Source of the DNA: an uncultured Candidatus Saccharibacteria bacterium
GTDB lineage: Bacteria > Patescibacteriota > WWE3 > UBA101185 > UBA10185
DNA: 64,000 nucleotides
Direction: 5' to 3'
NCBI GenBank assembly: GCA_964387275.1
Contig: CAYLVW010000001.1
Location: 291,508-355,507, forward strand
The notes under the pieces are model-generated. The model made no database searches, was not told the DNA's origin, and worked only from the letters and a program-made list of their open reading frames with translations. The position numbers were made by a program, and so were the translations under genes. This document shows positions 19,944 to 30,729 of this stretch, one piece after another; position 1 is the first letter of the stretch; every line of letters starts with the position of its first letter.

Positions 19944-21767
19944 ATGGAATTTAAATTTGCACTAGACAACCCACCATACGAATATATAACAGAGTATTCT
20001 CAGGGGGAGAGAGCTTTATTGGAACTCGCTGAGATGCCTATACTTGGCCTTGATATTGAATCCACTGGCCTTGATCCCTATACAAGTCACCTGCTTCTAG
20101 TACAAATAGGAGATGCTAATAAGTCTTATATTTTTGACGCTAGGATTTTAGATCTTAAAAATTTACCAAAACTTAAAGAAATTTGTGAGAACACAAAGGT
20201 AATAAAACTTATGCAAAACGGTAAGTTTGACTATGGATTTTTGGCACACCAGCTTGATATTAGGGTGAATAATATATTTGATACGCTGCTTGCTGAGTCA
20301 TTACTGGGTGCAGGTATGCGCGGAAAGTCAGCCTCACTTAAAGAACTCTGTATGACTTATTTGCAGGTAGATTTGGATAAAACCATCCGAAAAAGTTTTG
20401 CAGGTTACACAGGGAAAATAACAGAAGAGCAACTGAGGTACTCAGCACTAGATACTTTGCTACTCTTTCCAATCTTTGAACAACAAACTGAGAGACTTAA
20501 AAAAGAAAATCTGGTTAATATCGCAAAATTAGAATTTTCTGTTACAAGGGTTGTTGCTGAAATGGAACTTAATGGGATTCATATAGATGTACCTAAATGG
20601 AGAGGAATTATTAATAATCTATCAGTAAAAAGAGATAAGTACATGACAGATTTTTATAATGAAATAAGACCTTACTATCAGACTAGTCAATTTGATTTAT
20701 TCGGAAATGCTACGGAACCAATTAATATTAACTCTCAAGTTCAGTTGATGGATCTGTTTAATAACAAACTTAAGTTAAATATCCCATCCACCGGAGATCC
20801 AATACTAGAAACACTCGATCATCCTGTTGCAAAAATTTTGCGTGATTATAGAGGATATGAAAAACTTATTTCTGCATTTGGAGAGTCTTTGTTACAAAAA
20901 GTAAATCCTGTAAGTGGCAGAATACACCCAGATTTCCAACAACTTGGTACAGCGACTGGGAGATTTTCTTGTAGGAATCCTAACTTACAACAAATTCCCC
21001 AAAAATCTGCTGAAGTTCCTTTTAGGGAGTGTTTTACTCCGGCTGAGGGCTACATGTTGGTTGTTACAGACTACTCGGCAATGGAAATGAGAATCCTCGC
21101 AGATTTATCAGGTGATGAGATGCTGGTTAAAGCAATTAAAGAGGGTTATGATTTGCACTCTCACACAGCGTCACTAATGTTTAACTTGGAATATACAAAT
21201 GATTTCAAAAAGAAATACCCACAACAAAGACAAGATGCAAAGGCCATTAATTTTGGTTTAGTTTATGGTATGGGGGCAGGAGGCTTAGCAAGGCAGATTG
21301 GTAAAACTCCTGAAGAAGCCAAGGAACTTATGGAAAGATATTTCAAAAATTACCCTAAAATTAAGAGATGGTTAGATACAGCAGGCGCAGAAGCAGTAAA
21401 AAACGGTTGGAGTTCTACCCCAGCCGGTAGGAAGAGATGGTACCATCCACTTGATCCCATGGACCCTGATTATAAGAAGAACAAAGCCAAAATCGAAAGA
21501 GAAGCCAAAAATCATCCAATACAAGGAACTAATGCTGATATTACTAAATATGCAATGGTGTTTTTACAAGAAAGGCTCAAAAAAGATAAAGTTGATGGCT
21601 CTGTGATATTAACAGTACATGATGAGGTAGTGTGTGAAGTTCGTGAAGATCAAGCAGAGGATTGGGCCAAAATACAACAAGCAGAAATGATTAGAGCTGC
21701 AGAATTAATTATTAAAAAAGTACCAATAGCATCAGAACCTTTCGTAGGTAAGGTTTGGGAGCACTAA
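19944..21767 (+). CDS. polA: Family A DNA polymerase (3'-5' exonuclease + polymerase, no 5'-3' nuclease domain)
   Basis: LDIES (ExoI), TATGRFS, DYSAMEMR, AKAINFGLVYG and VHDE motifs. Confidence 0.92.
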   Translation: MEFKFALDNPPYEYITEYSQGERALLELAEMPILGLDIESTGLDPYTSHLLLVQIGDANKSYIFDARILDLKNLPKLKEICENTKVIKLMQNGKFDYGFLAHQLDIRVNNIFDTLLAESLLGAGMRGKSASLKELCMTYLQVDLDKTIRKSFAGYTGKITEEQLRYSALDTLLLFPIFEQQTERLKKENLVNIAKLEFSVTRVVAEMELNGIHIDVPKWRGIINNLSVKRDKYMTDFYNEIRPYYQTSQFDLFGNATEPININSQVQLMDLFNNKLKLNIPSTGDPILETLDHPVAKILRDYRGYEKLISAFGESLLQKVNPVSGRIHPDFQQLGTATGRFSCRNPNLQQIPQKSAEVPFRECFTPAEGYMLVVTDYSAMEMRILADLSGDEMLVKAIKEGYDLHSHTASLMFNLEYTNDFKKKYPQQRQDAKAINFGLVYGMGAGGLARQIGKTPEEAKELMERYFKNYPKIKRWLDTAGAEAVKNGWSSTPAGRKRWYHPLDPMDPDYKKNKAKIEREAKNHPIQGTNADITKYAMVFLQERLKKDKVDGSVILTVHDEVVCEVREDQAEDWAKIQQAEMIRAAELIIKKVPIASEPFVGKVWEH

Positions 21768-21806
21768 GCTGTTGATTAGTTAATATAAATAACTGTAGCA
21801 TTAGAT

Positions 21807-23444
21807 ATGCCAAATAATCTGGAAGCTATTGCTAGTTTAACAGATGAAGACAATGGTAATAGTTCAGATATTACTGAGCCTGTTGACATAGATACAATTA
21901 GAGGCTTGGGTTCTGTGGAGAAGGAAGGATTTGTACCTTTTGATGCAGAAACAGTTAATGTAAAACTTGGTAACCTGCTAAAAGTGTCCACTTCTAAGGA
22001 ATCCAATGCTAAAGAGGCACTTGCTGAATATAAAGAGTTAGAGCCCCATATTAGATATCATTTAACGGAGATAAGTGATATAGATAGTACAATCTCTATC
22101 ATTTCGGGACTAAAAAACTTCTTAGAGTTTGGTATAGGTACCAATGAATTAGTTGCAACTCAGATTGAACGATTGCTTGATAGTTGTAGTTCAGTCCTAC
22201 TTAAAGATTTGGAAGCTAGGGGTCCCCAATATACTTACTTATTGTTTAGTACCTATGGACTTGTATCCCCACACAGAATACCAAACCAAGCTTTTAAAGA
22301 GTTCGAAAATATTGAAGATAGACTTAAAGGCATTATCCTTAGTGAGCCTCTACTTGTAGATTCTATAGGGCGTAGAGTTACTGCTACAAGAAGCTTTGAA
22401 GATTCTACCACCTATGAGATGCATTCTACCTTTCCAAATCTCTACCAGTTAAGGTACTGGTTTGCAAATCCTGAGGAGCTTAGTACTTCCCTAGCACCTA
22501 CATTTAAAAGAATGCATGATTTATTTCCCGGTTTTGATAGTTTAATTACTGGATATAGCCTCGCATTAGATGCAAAGTACTATAAATTAATTTATGGTGA
22601 TACATTGTGTGGGTTGGTAGGTGAAGAAAATGTAGACCGGTTACTCTTAAGTTGGGTTGGGAATATAGGCAAGAAAACCACAAAAGCAAGTTTCTATGGT
22701 CCAGAAAATGTTTCAAAAAACATAAAGCTAATGCAGGATCTAGAAGAAACTGCACAAGGAGCTGTTAAGGTTCTCATGGAACCTCCATTTAATATTCGTA
22801 ATTTTGGTAGATATGATGGACATGATTTATACATGCAATATCGTCAAAGGGATTTACCTGGTTACTATATACTTGTGGTAACACCAGATGATGACCATAA
22901 CGGTGTGTTTTACGGGAAAAATAATTTTAGTGAGCTGGCAGATTCTGCTAAAACCGCCAATTTATATGTAAGATTTGCAGAAGTGGGTAAAGCTACCGGT
23001 AGGAGAAATAGTTTGTCCAGGCTGCACAGTAATTTACATGCAAAGTATGGCGAGGCCAAAATTGTGTGTGGTGTACTATCCGGACATGGGGATGTTGACA
23101 TTCAAAAAATACAACTAGGTAATTCACATGTGTCCTCTGCTATTTTTGGCGAAGAAGATTATAAAATTTCAAAAAGACCACAATTGATAAGAAGTTGCTA
23201 TACACCTAATGCAGTTATTTTTGTGAATTCATGTGGTTTAGGGGCTGATAAAGATGACAGTTTTGCAAAATTTGTTTCTGGGGTAACAGGATTAAAAACA
23301 GTGGGATCAAGTGATTCTATAATACCCCTACACCTGATGGTAGAGAGAACGCCTGAAGGAGGTTTAAAGTATAGGTATTCTTACAATATAGATTACGATA
23401 AACCTGCTGGAGTTAACGTATATTTAAATGCTGAAAAGCTATAA
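21807..23444 (+). CDS. Hypothetical protein with possible C-terminal caspase-fold His/Cys dyad
   Basis: 545-aa ORF; VLSGHG and IFVNSC motifs. Confidence 0.7.
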   Translation: MPNNLEAIASLTDEDNGNSSDITEPVDIDTIRGLGSVEKEGFVPFDAETVNVKLGNLLKVSTSKESNAKEALAEYKELEPHIRYHLTEISDIDSTISIISGLKNFLEFGIGTNELVATQIERLLDSCSSVLLKDLEARGPQYTYLLFSTYGLVSPHRIPNQAFKEFENIEDRLKGIILSEPLLVDSIGRRVTATRSFEDSTTYEMHSTFPNLYQLRYWFANPEELSTSLAPTFKRMHDLFPGFDSLITGYSLALDAKYYKLIYGDTLCGLVGEENVDRLLLSWVGNIGKKTTKASFYGPENVSKNIKLMQDLEETAQGAVKVLMEPPFNIRNFGRYDGHDLYMQYRQRDLPGYYILVVTPDDDHNGVFYGKNNFSELADSAKTANLYVRFAEVGKATGRRNSLSRLHSNLHAKYGEAKIVCGVLSGHGDVDIQKIQLGNSHVSSAIFGEEDYKISKRPQLIRSCYTPNAVIFVNSCGLGADKDDSFAKFVSGVTGLKTVGSSDSIIPLHLMVERTPEGGLKYRYSYNIDYDKPAGVNVYLNAEKL

Positions 23445-23496
23445 GTTAGCAATTAAGACTTGCATCTGCTAAATAAAATGTGGTAATATTTTCGAT

Positions 23497-25578
23497 ATGG
23501 TCATCTGCCACAGATGCGGACAAAAACCCGCAGTAATATCCACTAATAAAATAATAGATGGTAGACAGGTTTATGTTGCTTTATGCGAGCAATGTTACAA
23601 CGAGCTCCAAAAAGAAACTGTTTCTACATCAAAAATTGATAAATTTGGTCGCGACCTCACTACTATGGCAAAAGATGGGAAACTAGATCCTGTGATAGGT
23701 AGAAGACAGGAGATAGAACGTGTCGTGCATATTCTTTCAAGACGAACAAAAAATAACCCTGTACTTATAGGGGATCCAGGTGTCGGTAAGACCGCAATTG
23801 CAGAGGGTTTGGCCCAGAGAATTGTCAACGGACAAGTTCCAGAACCTCTTAGAAATAAAAGAGTTTTCGCCCTTGATCTTGCCTCAATACTTGCAGGAAC
23901 ATCACATAGAGGTATGTTTGAAAGTAGATTAAAAGACATAATTCAAGAAGTCGTAGATGCACAGGGGCAGATTATACTTTTTGTGGATGAACTGCATACA
24001 GTCGTTGGTGCCGGTAATGCTGAAGGAGCTATGGATGCTGCAAATATTTTAAAACCTGCTCTTGCTCGAGGAGAGCTCCAAATGGTCGGTGCAACAACTA
24101 TCGATGAATACAGAAAATATATAGAAAAAGATGCTGCTCTAGAGCGTAGATTTCAGCCAATTATGGTTAATGAACCTACTACAGAAGAAACTGTTGAAAT
24201 AATCAAAGGCTTGAGGGATCGCTATGAAAAACACCACCAAGTAAAAATACTGGATGACGCTATTGTTACCTCAGTAAAAATGTCAGATCGCTATATTAGT
24301 GATAGATTCTTACCTGATAAAGCAATTGATCTTATTGATGAGGCTTCGGCTCTGATAAGACTCTCCCAAGTTAAAGAACCGGAGAATTTAAAAATTGTTG
24401 AGGATGAAATTGCTGAAATTAAATCCAAAATAAGATCTAAACCCTCTACTGAAGAAAAGTCTAAGCTAGATAAAAAACTAACAGAACTAGAAAAAGTTAG
24501 AGGTGAGCTTGTGGATATTTGGACAAAGACAAAACTAGAGGAAATACCTGAAGTAAATGAAGATGCAGTAATAAAAGTAGTGAGCAGGGCAACGGGTATC
24601 CCGTTGGAGAAACTCTCAATTGAAGAGAAAGACAGATTACTAAACATGGAGGAAAATCTTCATAAGCGTATTGTAGGTCAGCATGAAGCCGTATCTCTAG
24701 TTTCTGAGGCAGTTAGAAGAGCAAGATCTGGTCTAAAAGATCCAAAAAGACCGATTGGTACTTTCTTATTTTTAGGTCCTACGGGTGTTGGTAAAACTGA
24801 GCTTTCTAAAGCCTTAGCCGAAGTTTTATATGGAGACGAAAACCAGATTGTCCGATTAGACATGAGTGAATATATGGAAAAACATTCTGTAAGTAAGATG
24901 CTTGGGGCTCCTCCAGGATACATTGGATACGATAAGCCCGGAGGTCTTACTGAGATAGTAAGAAGAAAACCATTTTCTGTGGTTTTATTAGACGAAATAG
25001 AGAAAGCTCACCCAGATGTCTTTAACTCCTTGCTACAAATAATGGAGGATGGAAGACTAACTGATTCAAAGGGAAGAACAGTAGATTTTAAAAACACCAT
25101 TATAATTATGACTTCAAATGTAGGTTCTGAACTACTTAGAAAAGCAGATATAGGATTTACAGGGGAAGGTGCAAAAGAATCAAGTAAAATTGAATTTGAA
25201 AACAAGGTACTTAGATTATTAAAAGACAGTTTCAAACCAGAGTTCCTAAATAGAATTGACGAGATTGTGATTTTTGGTTCTCTTAGCAAAGAAGACATTA
25301 CTGTAATATCAGACAAAATGCTTGCTAAAACACAAAAGCTTTTAGTTGAACACAGTATCACACTGAAAATTGATGCGAAAGCAAAAGATTTTATTGTTGA
25401 CAATGGATATAACGAAGAATATGGTGCACGGCCTTTAAGAAGACTGATTCAAAAAGAAATTGAGAATCCAATAGCATCAAAGCTCATAAGCGGAGAAATC
25501 AAAGATGGAGATGAGGTTAGTGTCTCAGCGGGAAAATCCGGCTTATCTTTTAAAGTATCTGCAATTGTAAAACAGTAG
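23497..25578 (+). CDS. clpC: ATP-dependent Clp protease ATPase subunit (ClpC/ClpE-like, N-terminal Zn finger)
   Basis: Two AAA+ modules GDPGVGKT and GPTGVGKT; CxxC...CxxC at N-terminus. Confidence 0.92.
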   Translation: MVICHRCGQKPAVISTNKIIDGRQVYVALCEQCYNELQKETVSTSKIDKFGRDLTTMAKDGKLDPVIGRRQEIERVVHILSRRTKNNPVLIGDPGVGKTAIAEGLAQRIVNGQVPEPLRNKRVFALDLASILAGTSHRGMFESRLKDIIQEVVDAQGQIILFVDELHTVVGAGNAEGAMDAANILKPALARGELQMVGATTIDEYRKYIEKDAALERRFQPIMVNEPTTEETVEIIKGLRDRYEKHHQVKILDDAIVTSVKMSDRYISDRFLPDKAIDLIDEASALIRLSQVKEPENLKIVEDEIAEIKSKIRSKPSTEEKSKLDKKLTELEKVRGELVDIWTKTKLEEIPEVNEDAVIKVVSRATGIPLEKLSIEEKDRLLNMEENLHKRIVGQHEAVSLVSEAVRRARSGLKDPKRPIGTFLFLGPTGVGKTELSKALAEVLYGDENQIVRLDMSEYMEKHSVSKMLGAPPGYIGYDKPGGLTEIVRRKPFSVVLLDEIEKAHPDVFNSLLQIMEDGRLTDSKGRTVDFKNTIIIMTSNVGSELLRKADIGFTGEGAKESSKIEFENKVLRLLKDSFKPEFLNRIDEIVIFGSLSKEDITVISDKMLAKTQKLLVEHSITLKIDAKAKDFIVDNGYNEEYGARPLRRLIQKEIENPIASKLISGEIKDGDEVSVSAGKSGLSFKVSAIVKQ

Positions 25579-25741
25579 ACATAGTATCTCTAGGAATTGC
25601 CTGTTTTGGTCGGATTCTTACCATAAATTATCATGCAAGTTTGCATACTAGGGTCTTTTTTGTCTGAAGCTACCCAGTCTCAGTAGACCCAAATATAAAG
25701 ATCTTGATAACATATTCTGTATCTGGTATCATCCTCAAGTT

Positions 25742-26089
25742 ATGGAAAACACGGCAAAAAACAACAATTTACCTGTATTTGGATCTGGTGACACTGTAAA
25801 AGTTCACTATAAGATCGTAGAAGGTGACAAAACAAGAACTCAACCTTACGAGGGCATTGTTATATCCAAAAGGGGAGCCGGAGTTTCTAAAAGCTTTACT
25901 GTTAGAAGAATTGGTGCTGATAATGTCGGTATCGAGAGAATTTTCCCACTGTATTCACCAAATATTGAAAAAATAGAAGTAACAAGACACGGTAAGACGA
26001 GAAGAGCCAAGCTTTTCTACCTACGAGATAAAAAGGGTAAAGAAGCTACCAAAGTAAAAGAGGCTACTAAGCAACAAATTGTTAAATAA
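25742..26089 (+). CDS. rplS: 50S ribosomal protein L19
   Basis: [13 protein letters not shown] and RRAKLFYLR motifs. Confidence 0.98.
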   Translation: MENTAKNNNLPVFGSGDTVKVHYKIVEGDKTRTQPYEGIVISKRGAGVSKSFTVRRIGADNVGIERIFPLYSPNIEKIEVTRHGKTRRAKLFYLRDKKGKEATKVKEATKQQIVK

Positions 26090-26140
26090 GAAGTAAGAAC
26101 ATCTACAAATTTGTTAAAAGTATTTACTGTAAGTCCTATC

Positions 26141-26578
26141 CTACACTAGAGTGTCTATCTGTTCAGGATCATCCTGTGTTTCTACTGCATTACTTAATAA
26201 TCTATCTATATCTTCTAAATTCTTATGACTAATCTGTACACGCTCAACTTTGTATTTTAAACCCCCGTCCAAATCTTTTCCTTTACTTATAACCCCACTA
26301 GGCCCATATTTAGGTGAGCCTGGGTAGATTACTCTAATAACAAACCCGTCCTGTGGGACAATATCAACCTCATCAGGTAGATCAACTAAGTCTAAACCTT
26401 GTTTTAATTGAGCATATACTGTTTTAATCTGCTCAATTGTCCGGTACAGACTTTTAGTTTGTTTAAACAGTTGCTCCTTTATCTCGCCGTGCCTTGGTGA
26501 CCCAGACTTCATCTCTATCAATCCACAAATTACTGCTCTTTTTTTATTTGAAACTGGATCATCGACAATTGAGAGCAA
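26141..26578 (-). CDS. Hypothetical protein (possibly C-terminal part of a frameshifted gene)
   Basis: Reading frame stays open upstream to 26683; only a weak TTG start. Confidence 0.5.
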   Translation of the reverse strand: MLSIVDDPVSNKKRAVICGLIEMKSGSPRHGEIKEQLFKQTKSLYRTIEQIKTVYAQLKQGLDLVDLPDEVDIVPQDGFVIRVIYPGSPKYGPSGVISKGKDLDGGLKYKVERVQISHKNLEDIDRLLSNAVETQDDPEQIDTLV

Positions 26579-26658
26579 AAGCCCATCTGGATTCGGTAGG
26601 GTACGTGCCTTATAACCAAGGTTAATTTTGATTGTTGCTGCTTCAGTATCTGGCTGTA

Positions 26659-27024
26659 CTACTTCACTAGGTACTTGCTTTTTCTATTAAATACTTTTAG
26701 ATGCTCAGGTGTTGGCGGATACACACTTAATTCACGCGTTGTTGGTTCTCTCGCCAGACTAAGTATAAAGTTTGATAGGACAATATGCTCATTAGTCTCT
26801 TTCAAAATATGTCTAGTCACTAGTAACTCAAAAATACGCCCATACCTATTACCCGCAACTTTCATTTCGGTAATCTCGGCTGCTTCCTCGGGAGTGATAA
26901 GTTTAGCTAATTCTTCTGCGACTGTGCCTGACTCTATTTTTACTTTAGATTCGGCTTCACCTGGCTCTGTTTCTAGTTGAGGCTCCTGAACTAAACTCGA
27001 GATCATGTCACTTTTTCCCCTCAA
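26659..27024 (-). CDS. Hypothetical protein (possibly N-terminal part of a frameshifted gene)
   Basis: ORF overlapping the end of the kinase gene. Confidence 0.55.
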   Translation of the reverse strand: MRGKSDMISSLVQEPQLETEPGEAESKVKIESGTVAEELAKLITPEEAAEITEMKVAGNRYGRIFELLVTRHILKETNEHIVLSNFILSLAREPTTRELSVYPPTPEHLKVFNRKSKYLVK

Positions 27025-28111
27025 TAAACAATGAAAAACTAAATATAGAGCCCTTACCCTCAGTGCTTTCGGCCCAAATGCGACCTTTATAAGATTCTAT
27101 TATTTTTTTGCAAATAAAAAGGCTAATACCTGTTCCATACTCCATCTCAAGAGCTGTAGATTTAACACGGTAAAATTTCTCAAAAACATGTTCTAAATTT
27201 TTTGATGGGATACCTGATCCTGTATCTTGAATACTTGTGACTATCTCCTCACCTTGCTGACCTAAAGTCACAGAAACCCCTCCTTGTTCTGTGTATTTTA
27301 TTGCATTATCCAGTAATCTTCCGAGCACTTCTTGGATCATCTTAAAGTCGGCTCTAACGTAAGGCAATTTATAAATGGGTTTATTGAAAACTAAAGTTAA
27401 GTTTTTAGTTGAAGCTACTTGCTGATATCTATCAACTGTGACTCTAACTAGTTCTTCAAAATCAAATGATATAGCATTGGCGTTTGGTCTGCTTTGTTGT
27501 AAATCGGACAAGTTTAATAGTTTTTCTACAAGATCTTTAAGTTCATTTGCACCTTTAAGAGCATTCTCCAAATTCTCTATTTCACTTTGATTGAGTTTTT
27601 TAAGAGCATCTGGCGTTTTTAATGCTGATAGATAACCTCTAAGGATAGTAACAGGGGTTCGTAAAGTGTGAACGGACATTGATACAAAGTCTACTTTCAT
27701 CTTTTCAAATTCAGAAGCCTCGTCTATGTCTTTTATTATCATTATACAACCGAGATTTATTAGGGAAGCAGATTTGATTTTCCTTGTTTCTACACTTACA
27801 AGATTTAGCTTTTTATCAATATCTAATATATTAATTTTTGGATTTTCATATACCACTCCTTCTATATCAAACTCATTATTTGGGCAGTAAACATCACCAC
27901 TTACCTCTTCATCAGCATTAAAAAACTTAATTATAGTGCCTATGTCCTGTCCAACAGCTTGGTTTTTTGTGTAGCCTGTAAGCTTCTCAGCAGCCTTGTT
28001 AAAGAAAGAAATCTTGTGAGAAGTGTCTACGAGTACAACAGGGTTTTCTATAGAATTTAGAACAGTATTTAGCTTATTTTTTTCTACATCTAATTCCGTG
28101 GGCTGGAACAT
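27008..28111 (-). CDS. Cytoplasmic PAS-domain sensor histidine kinase
   Basis: PAS (FFNKAAE), H-box SVHTLRTP, NAIKYT, DTGSGI and FEKFYR motifs. Confidence 0.92.
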   Translation of the reverse strand: MFQPTELDVEKNKLNTVLNSIENPVVLVDTSHKISFFNKAAEKLTGYTKNQAVGQDIGTIIKFFNADEEVSGDVYCPNNEFDIEGVVYENPKINILDIDKKLNLVSVETRKIKSASLINLGCIMIIKDIDEASEFEKMKVDFVSMSVHTLRTPVTILRGYLSALKTPDALKKLNQSEIENLENALKGANELKDLVEKLLNLSDLQQSRPNANAISFDFEELVRVTVDRYQQVASTKNLTLVFNKPIYKLPYVRADFKMIQEVLGRLLDNAIKYTEQGGVSVTLGQQGEEIVTSIQDTGSGIPSKNLEHVFEKFYRVKSTALEMEYGTGISLFICKKIIESYKGRIWAESTEGKGSIFSFSLFIEGKK

Positions 28112-28190
28112 TGCTTAATTATAGAGGTATCCAGCTAAAATAGAAAACAGTATATTTATACGATCAAACTTATAGGTATAATTTAAGATA

Positions 28191-28703
28191 ATGAAATTAA
28201 CTAAAAAAACCGTACTAGGGATATTGAGTTTGTTAATAGCCATATTATTTGTTGCTTCGGGGTTACAACCTACCACCACAAGCAAGCCTGCTGTATTAGA
28301 TGGAGATAAGTTTTTGGTTTCTAGGGTTATAGATGGCGACACTATAGAGTTGGCTGAGGGACATACAGTAAGGTACATAGGTATTGATACCCCAGAAACT
28401 GTTAAACCAAATACTCCGATAGAGTGTTTTGGTAAAGAAGCTTCCAAAAGAAATAAAGAGCTGGTAGAAGGTAAGTATGTATCTCTCGAAAAAGATGTAA
28501 ACGAAACTGACAAGTATGGTAGGCTTCTTAGGTACGTTTATACTGAGGAATATTTTATTAATAAAAAACTTGTAGAAGATGGTTACGCTGAATCTGCTAG
28601 TTTTCCGCCAGATATAGCAAAACAAAGCGAACTTGATGAAGCAGAACGTTATGCCCGAGAAAATAATTTAGGCTTGTGGGGTAAATGTAATGAATACGAT
28701 TAA
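28191..28703 (+). CDS. Thermonuclease (SNase-like), secreted
   Basis: VIDGDT, VRYIGIDTPE and DKYGRLL motifs. Confidence 0.93.
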   Translation: MKLTKKTVLGILSLLIAILFVASGLQPTTTSKPAVLDGDKFLVSRVIDGDTIELAEGHTVRYIGIDTPETVKPNTPIECFGKEASKRNKELVEGKYVSLEKDVNETDKYGRLLRYVYTEEYFINKKLVEDGYAESASFPPDIAKQSELDEAERYARENNLGLWGKCNEYD

Positions 28704-30099
28704 TAGACAAGCAGCTCTATTCTTGTTAGTAGTTATCACCTTCTTTGCTTTTAGATTTATTGGATTAAAGAGCGATATGACCAATTCCGACGCCATAAGA
28801 TGGCATGAAAGATCTGAGAATTTTATAAACGCTTTTGTCAACGGTAACTACAAAGATACTTACCAGAAGTACCACCCAGGGGTCACCTTAATGTGGATTG
28901 TAGGTACTACAAAATACTTCTTGGGAGAATTTAGAGTACTTGGTATGGGCACTCATGTCACATACGATAATAAAGACTGGTATGAAACCGTAGATTTTGT
29001 CTCAAAACTGTCCGTCCTTGCTACAATCACATTACTTTTTAGTGTGAGCCTTAATATTATCTACAAATTATACGGTGCAAAAATAGCTATTCTGTTTGGC
29101 TTTATGGTCGCAGTTGAGCCTTACTTAATAGGTATTGATAGATGGTTGCACCTTACTTCTCTGGAAACATATTTGTGTTTAACAAGTTTTCTGGTAATCC
29201 TATACAAACAAAAAATTGGATATTTGGTGGGATCTGCATTTTTACTAAGTCTTGCGATTTTAACAAAAATCTCAGCTTTGTTTATTTTACCCGTCATTCT
29301 ATTTATAGTTCTTAAAAGAAACTCAGTCAAACATACTTTTTTATATTTAACCCTCATTAGTATATTTATTTTTATATTTTTTCCGGCTTTGTGGGTAGAG
29401 CCTATTGCTACTCTAGCCAAAATCCTAAGTGCTAGCGGTTCTGCAATAGACGGTAGCCTCAGAAGTGAAAACTCACTAACAAGTTATAGTTTTTATTTCG
29501 TAGTGTTAGCTATTAAAACAAGCGTTGTAACTATAGTGTTGCTTTTGGTTGCATTAAAAAATTCTTTTAGGAACAAATTAACTGGTAGTAAGTACTTAGT
29601 AATTTATTTTTGCTTAATATTTGTAGGACTTACTTCATCAGGTCAGAAAATTGACAGGTATGTTGTTACTTTACTGCCTATACTTTTACTTTTTATCGCA
29701 GTAAACATAAATAACTGGAGATCTATAGCAATTGCTAAATCAATAGAAACACTTTTGGTTTTAGTAATATTTTTCCCAATAATGTCGGGGTATTTTATTT
29801 ATACTCCAAAATCTTTTGAATTTATTAAAAACATGGGATTTTATGATAATAGTGGGGAATATTACAGAGATGCTGCTGTTTATTTAAACAATAAAAATTC
29901 TAAGGTGTTTGTACCTGACAATTTTGACACTTTTAACCCATATTACAAAGGTATTTATGGTATGTCCTATACTAATTCCGACTATGTAGTTACTTCGTAC
30001 GATGTTGATAGAAAAAACGCATATATTGAGGGTTGTACTATAGAGAAAGCTTTCGGTTCCAAAACTTACGTATCAGTTTTTGTTTTTAAATGTAATTAG
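28690..30099 (+). CDS. GT-C (ArnT/PMT-like) membrane glycosyltransferase
   Basis: HPG motif, LTK motif, DRY motif, many TM helices. Confidence 0.75.
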   Translation: MNTINRQAALFLLVVITFFAFRFIGLKSDMTNSDAIRWHERSENFINAFVNGNYKDTYQKYHPGVTLMWIVGTTKYFLGEFRVLGMGTHVTYDNKDWYETVDFVSKLSVLATITLLFSVSLNIIYKLYGAKIAILFGFMVAVEPYLIGIDRWLHLTSLETYLCLTSFLVILYKQKIGYLVGSAFLLSLAILTKISALFILPVILFIVLKRNSVKHTFLYLTLISIFIFIFFPALWVEPIATLAKILSASGSAIDGSLRSENSLTSYSFYFVVLAIKTSVVTIVLLLVALKNSFRNKLTGSKYLVIYFCLIFVGLTSSGQKIDRYVVTLLPILLLFIAVNINNWRSIAIAKSIETLLVLVIFFPIMSGYFIYTPKSFEFIKNMGFYDNSGEYYRDAAVYLNNKNSKVFVPDNFDTFNPYYKGIYGMSYTNSDYVVTSYDVDRKNAYIEGCTIEKAFGSKTYVSVFVFKCN

Positions 30100-30244
30100 G
30101 TCTTTTAAGGTGTTTTATGGTACAATATGTGCACTCTAAGAAGCAAGAAATCTCCCACTTTCACTGAAAGCTAGTTTTCCCAGGTTTTAGATAGTAAACA
30201 TGTTTCGAAAAATGATAAGGCGGTGAATATTTAAAACCAAAGAA

Positions 30245-30520
30245 ATGACTAAGTTGTACGTGGGGAATCTCCCTTATAAGTTTAGAGATGCAGATTTAGG
30301 TAATTTGTTTTCTTCATACGGTACAGTACATTCAGCTTCAATCATCATGGATAGAGCTACAAGAAGAAGTAAAGGCTTCGGATTTGTAGAACTCGATGAC
30401 GATGCAGCACAAGCAGCAATTGCTGAAATGAATGGAAAAGACATCGAAGGCAGAAATTTAACTGTTAACGTTGCTAGACCAATGGAAAAAAGAGAAGACA
30501 GAGGCGATAGAAGATACTAA
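30245..30520 (+). CDS. RRM RNA-binding protein
   Basis: RNP2 LYVGNL and RNP1 KGFGFVE motifs. Confidence 0.95.
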   Translation: MTKLYVGNLPYKFRDADLGNLFSSYGTVHSASIIMDRATRRSKGFGFVELDDDAAQAAIAEMNGKDIEGRNLTVNVARPMEKREDRGDRRY

Positions 30521-30540
30521 TTCTAACATTCTGAAACGAG

Positions 30541-30572
30541 AAAAAGCTCCGGCTAATGCTGGAGCTTTTTTT
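30541..30572. terminator. Intrinsic terminator
   Basis: AAAAAGCTCCGGC-TAAT-GCTGGAGCTTTTTTT. Confidence 0.85.
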
Positions 30573-30729
30573 ATAACTCAAACATTTTTCTGCTAGTATT
30601 CACGCGCAGGCGATAATTTCTCGTTTAAAGGAACGATTGAGACAATAAATTCCACAACACAAGTAAGCCCATATACATCGACTATTAAAAAGGGGCTTTT
30701 GTAGTGAGTGTACAAAAACCCCGTGAATG

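Noticed and set aside
23497-23600. Zn-finger N-terminus on the Clp ATPase as a novelty
   Set aside because: A comparable architecture is established for ClpE-type ATPases.
25590-25690. Hairpins upstream of rplS as an L19 leader
   Set aside because: They lie upstream of the apparent TTGATA/TATCAT promoter adjacent to the rplS start, so they are probably the clpC 3' end.
30600-30725. Structured intergenic region after tmk as SRP or 6S RNA
   Set aside because: Hairpins are present (AAGCCCC/GGGGCTT), but I see no SRP domain IV motif or 6S-like long duplex on either strand.
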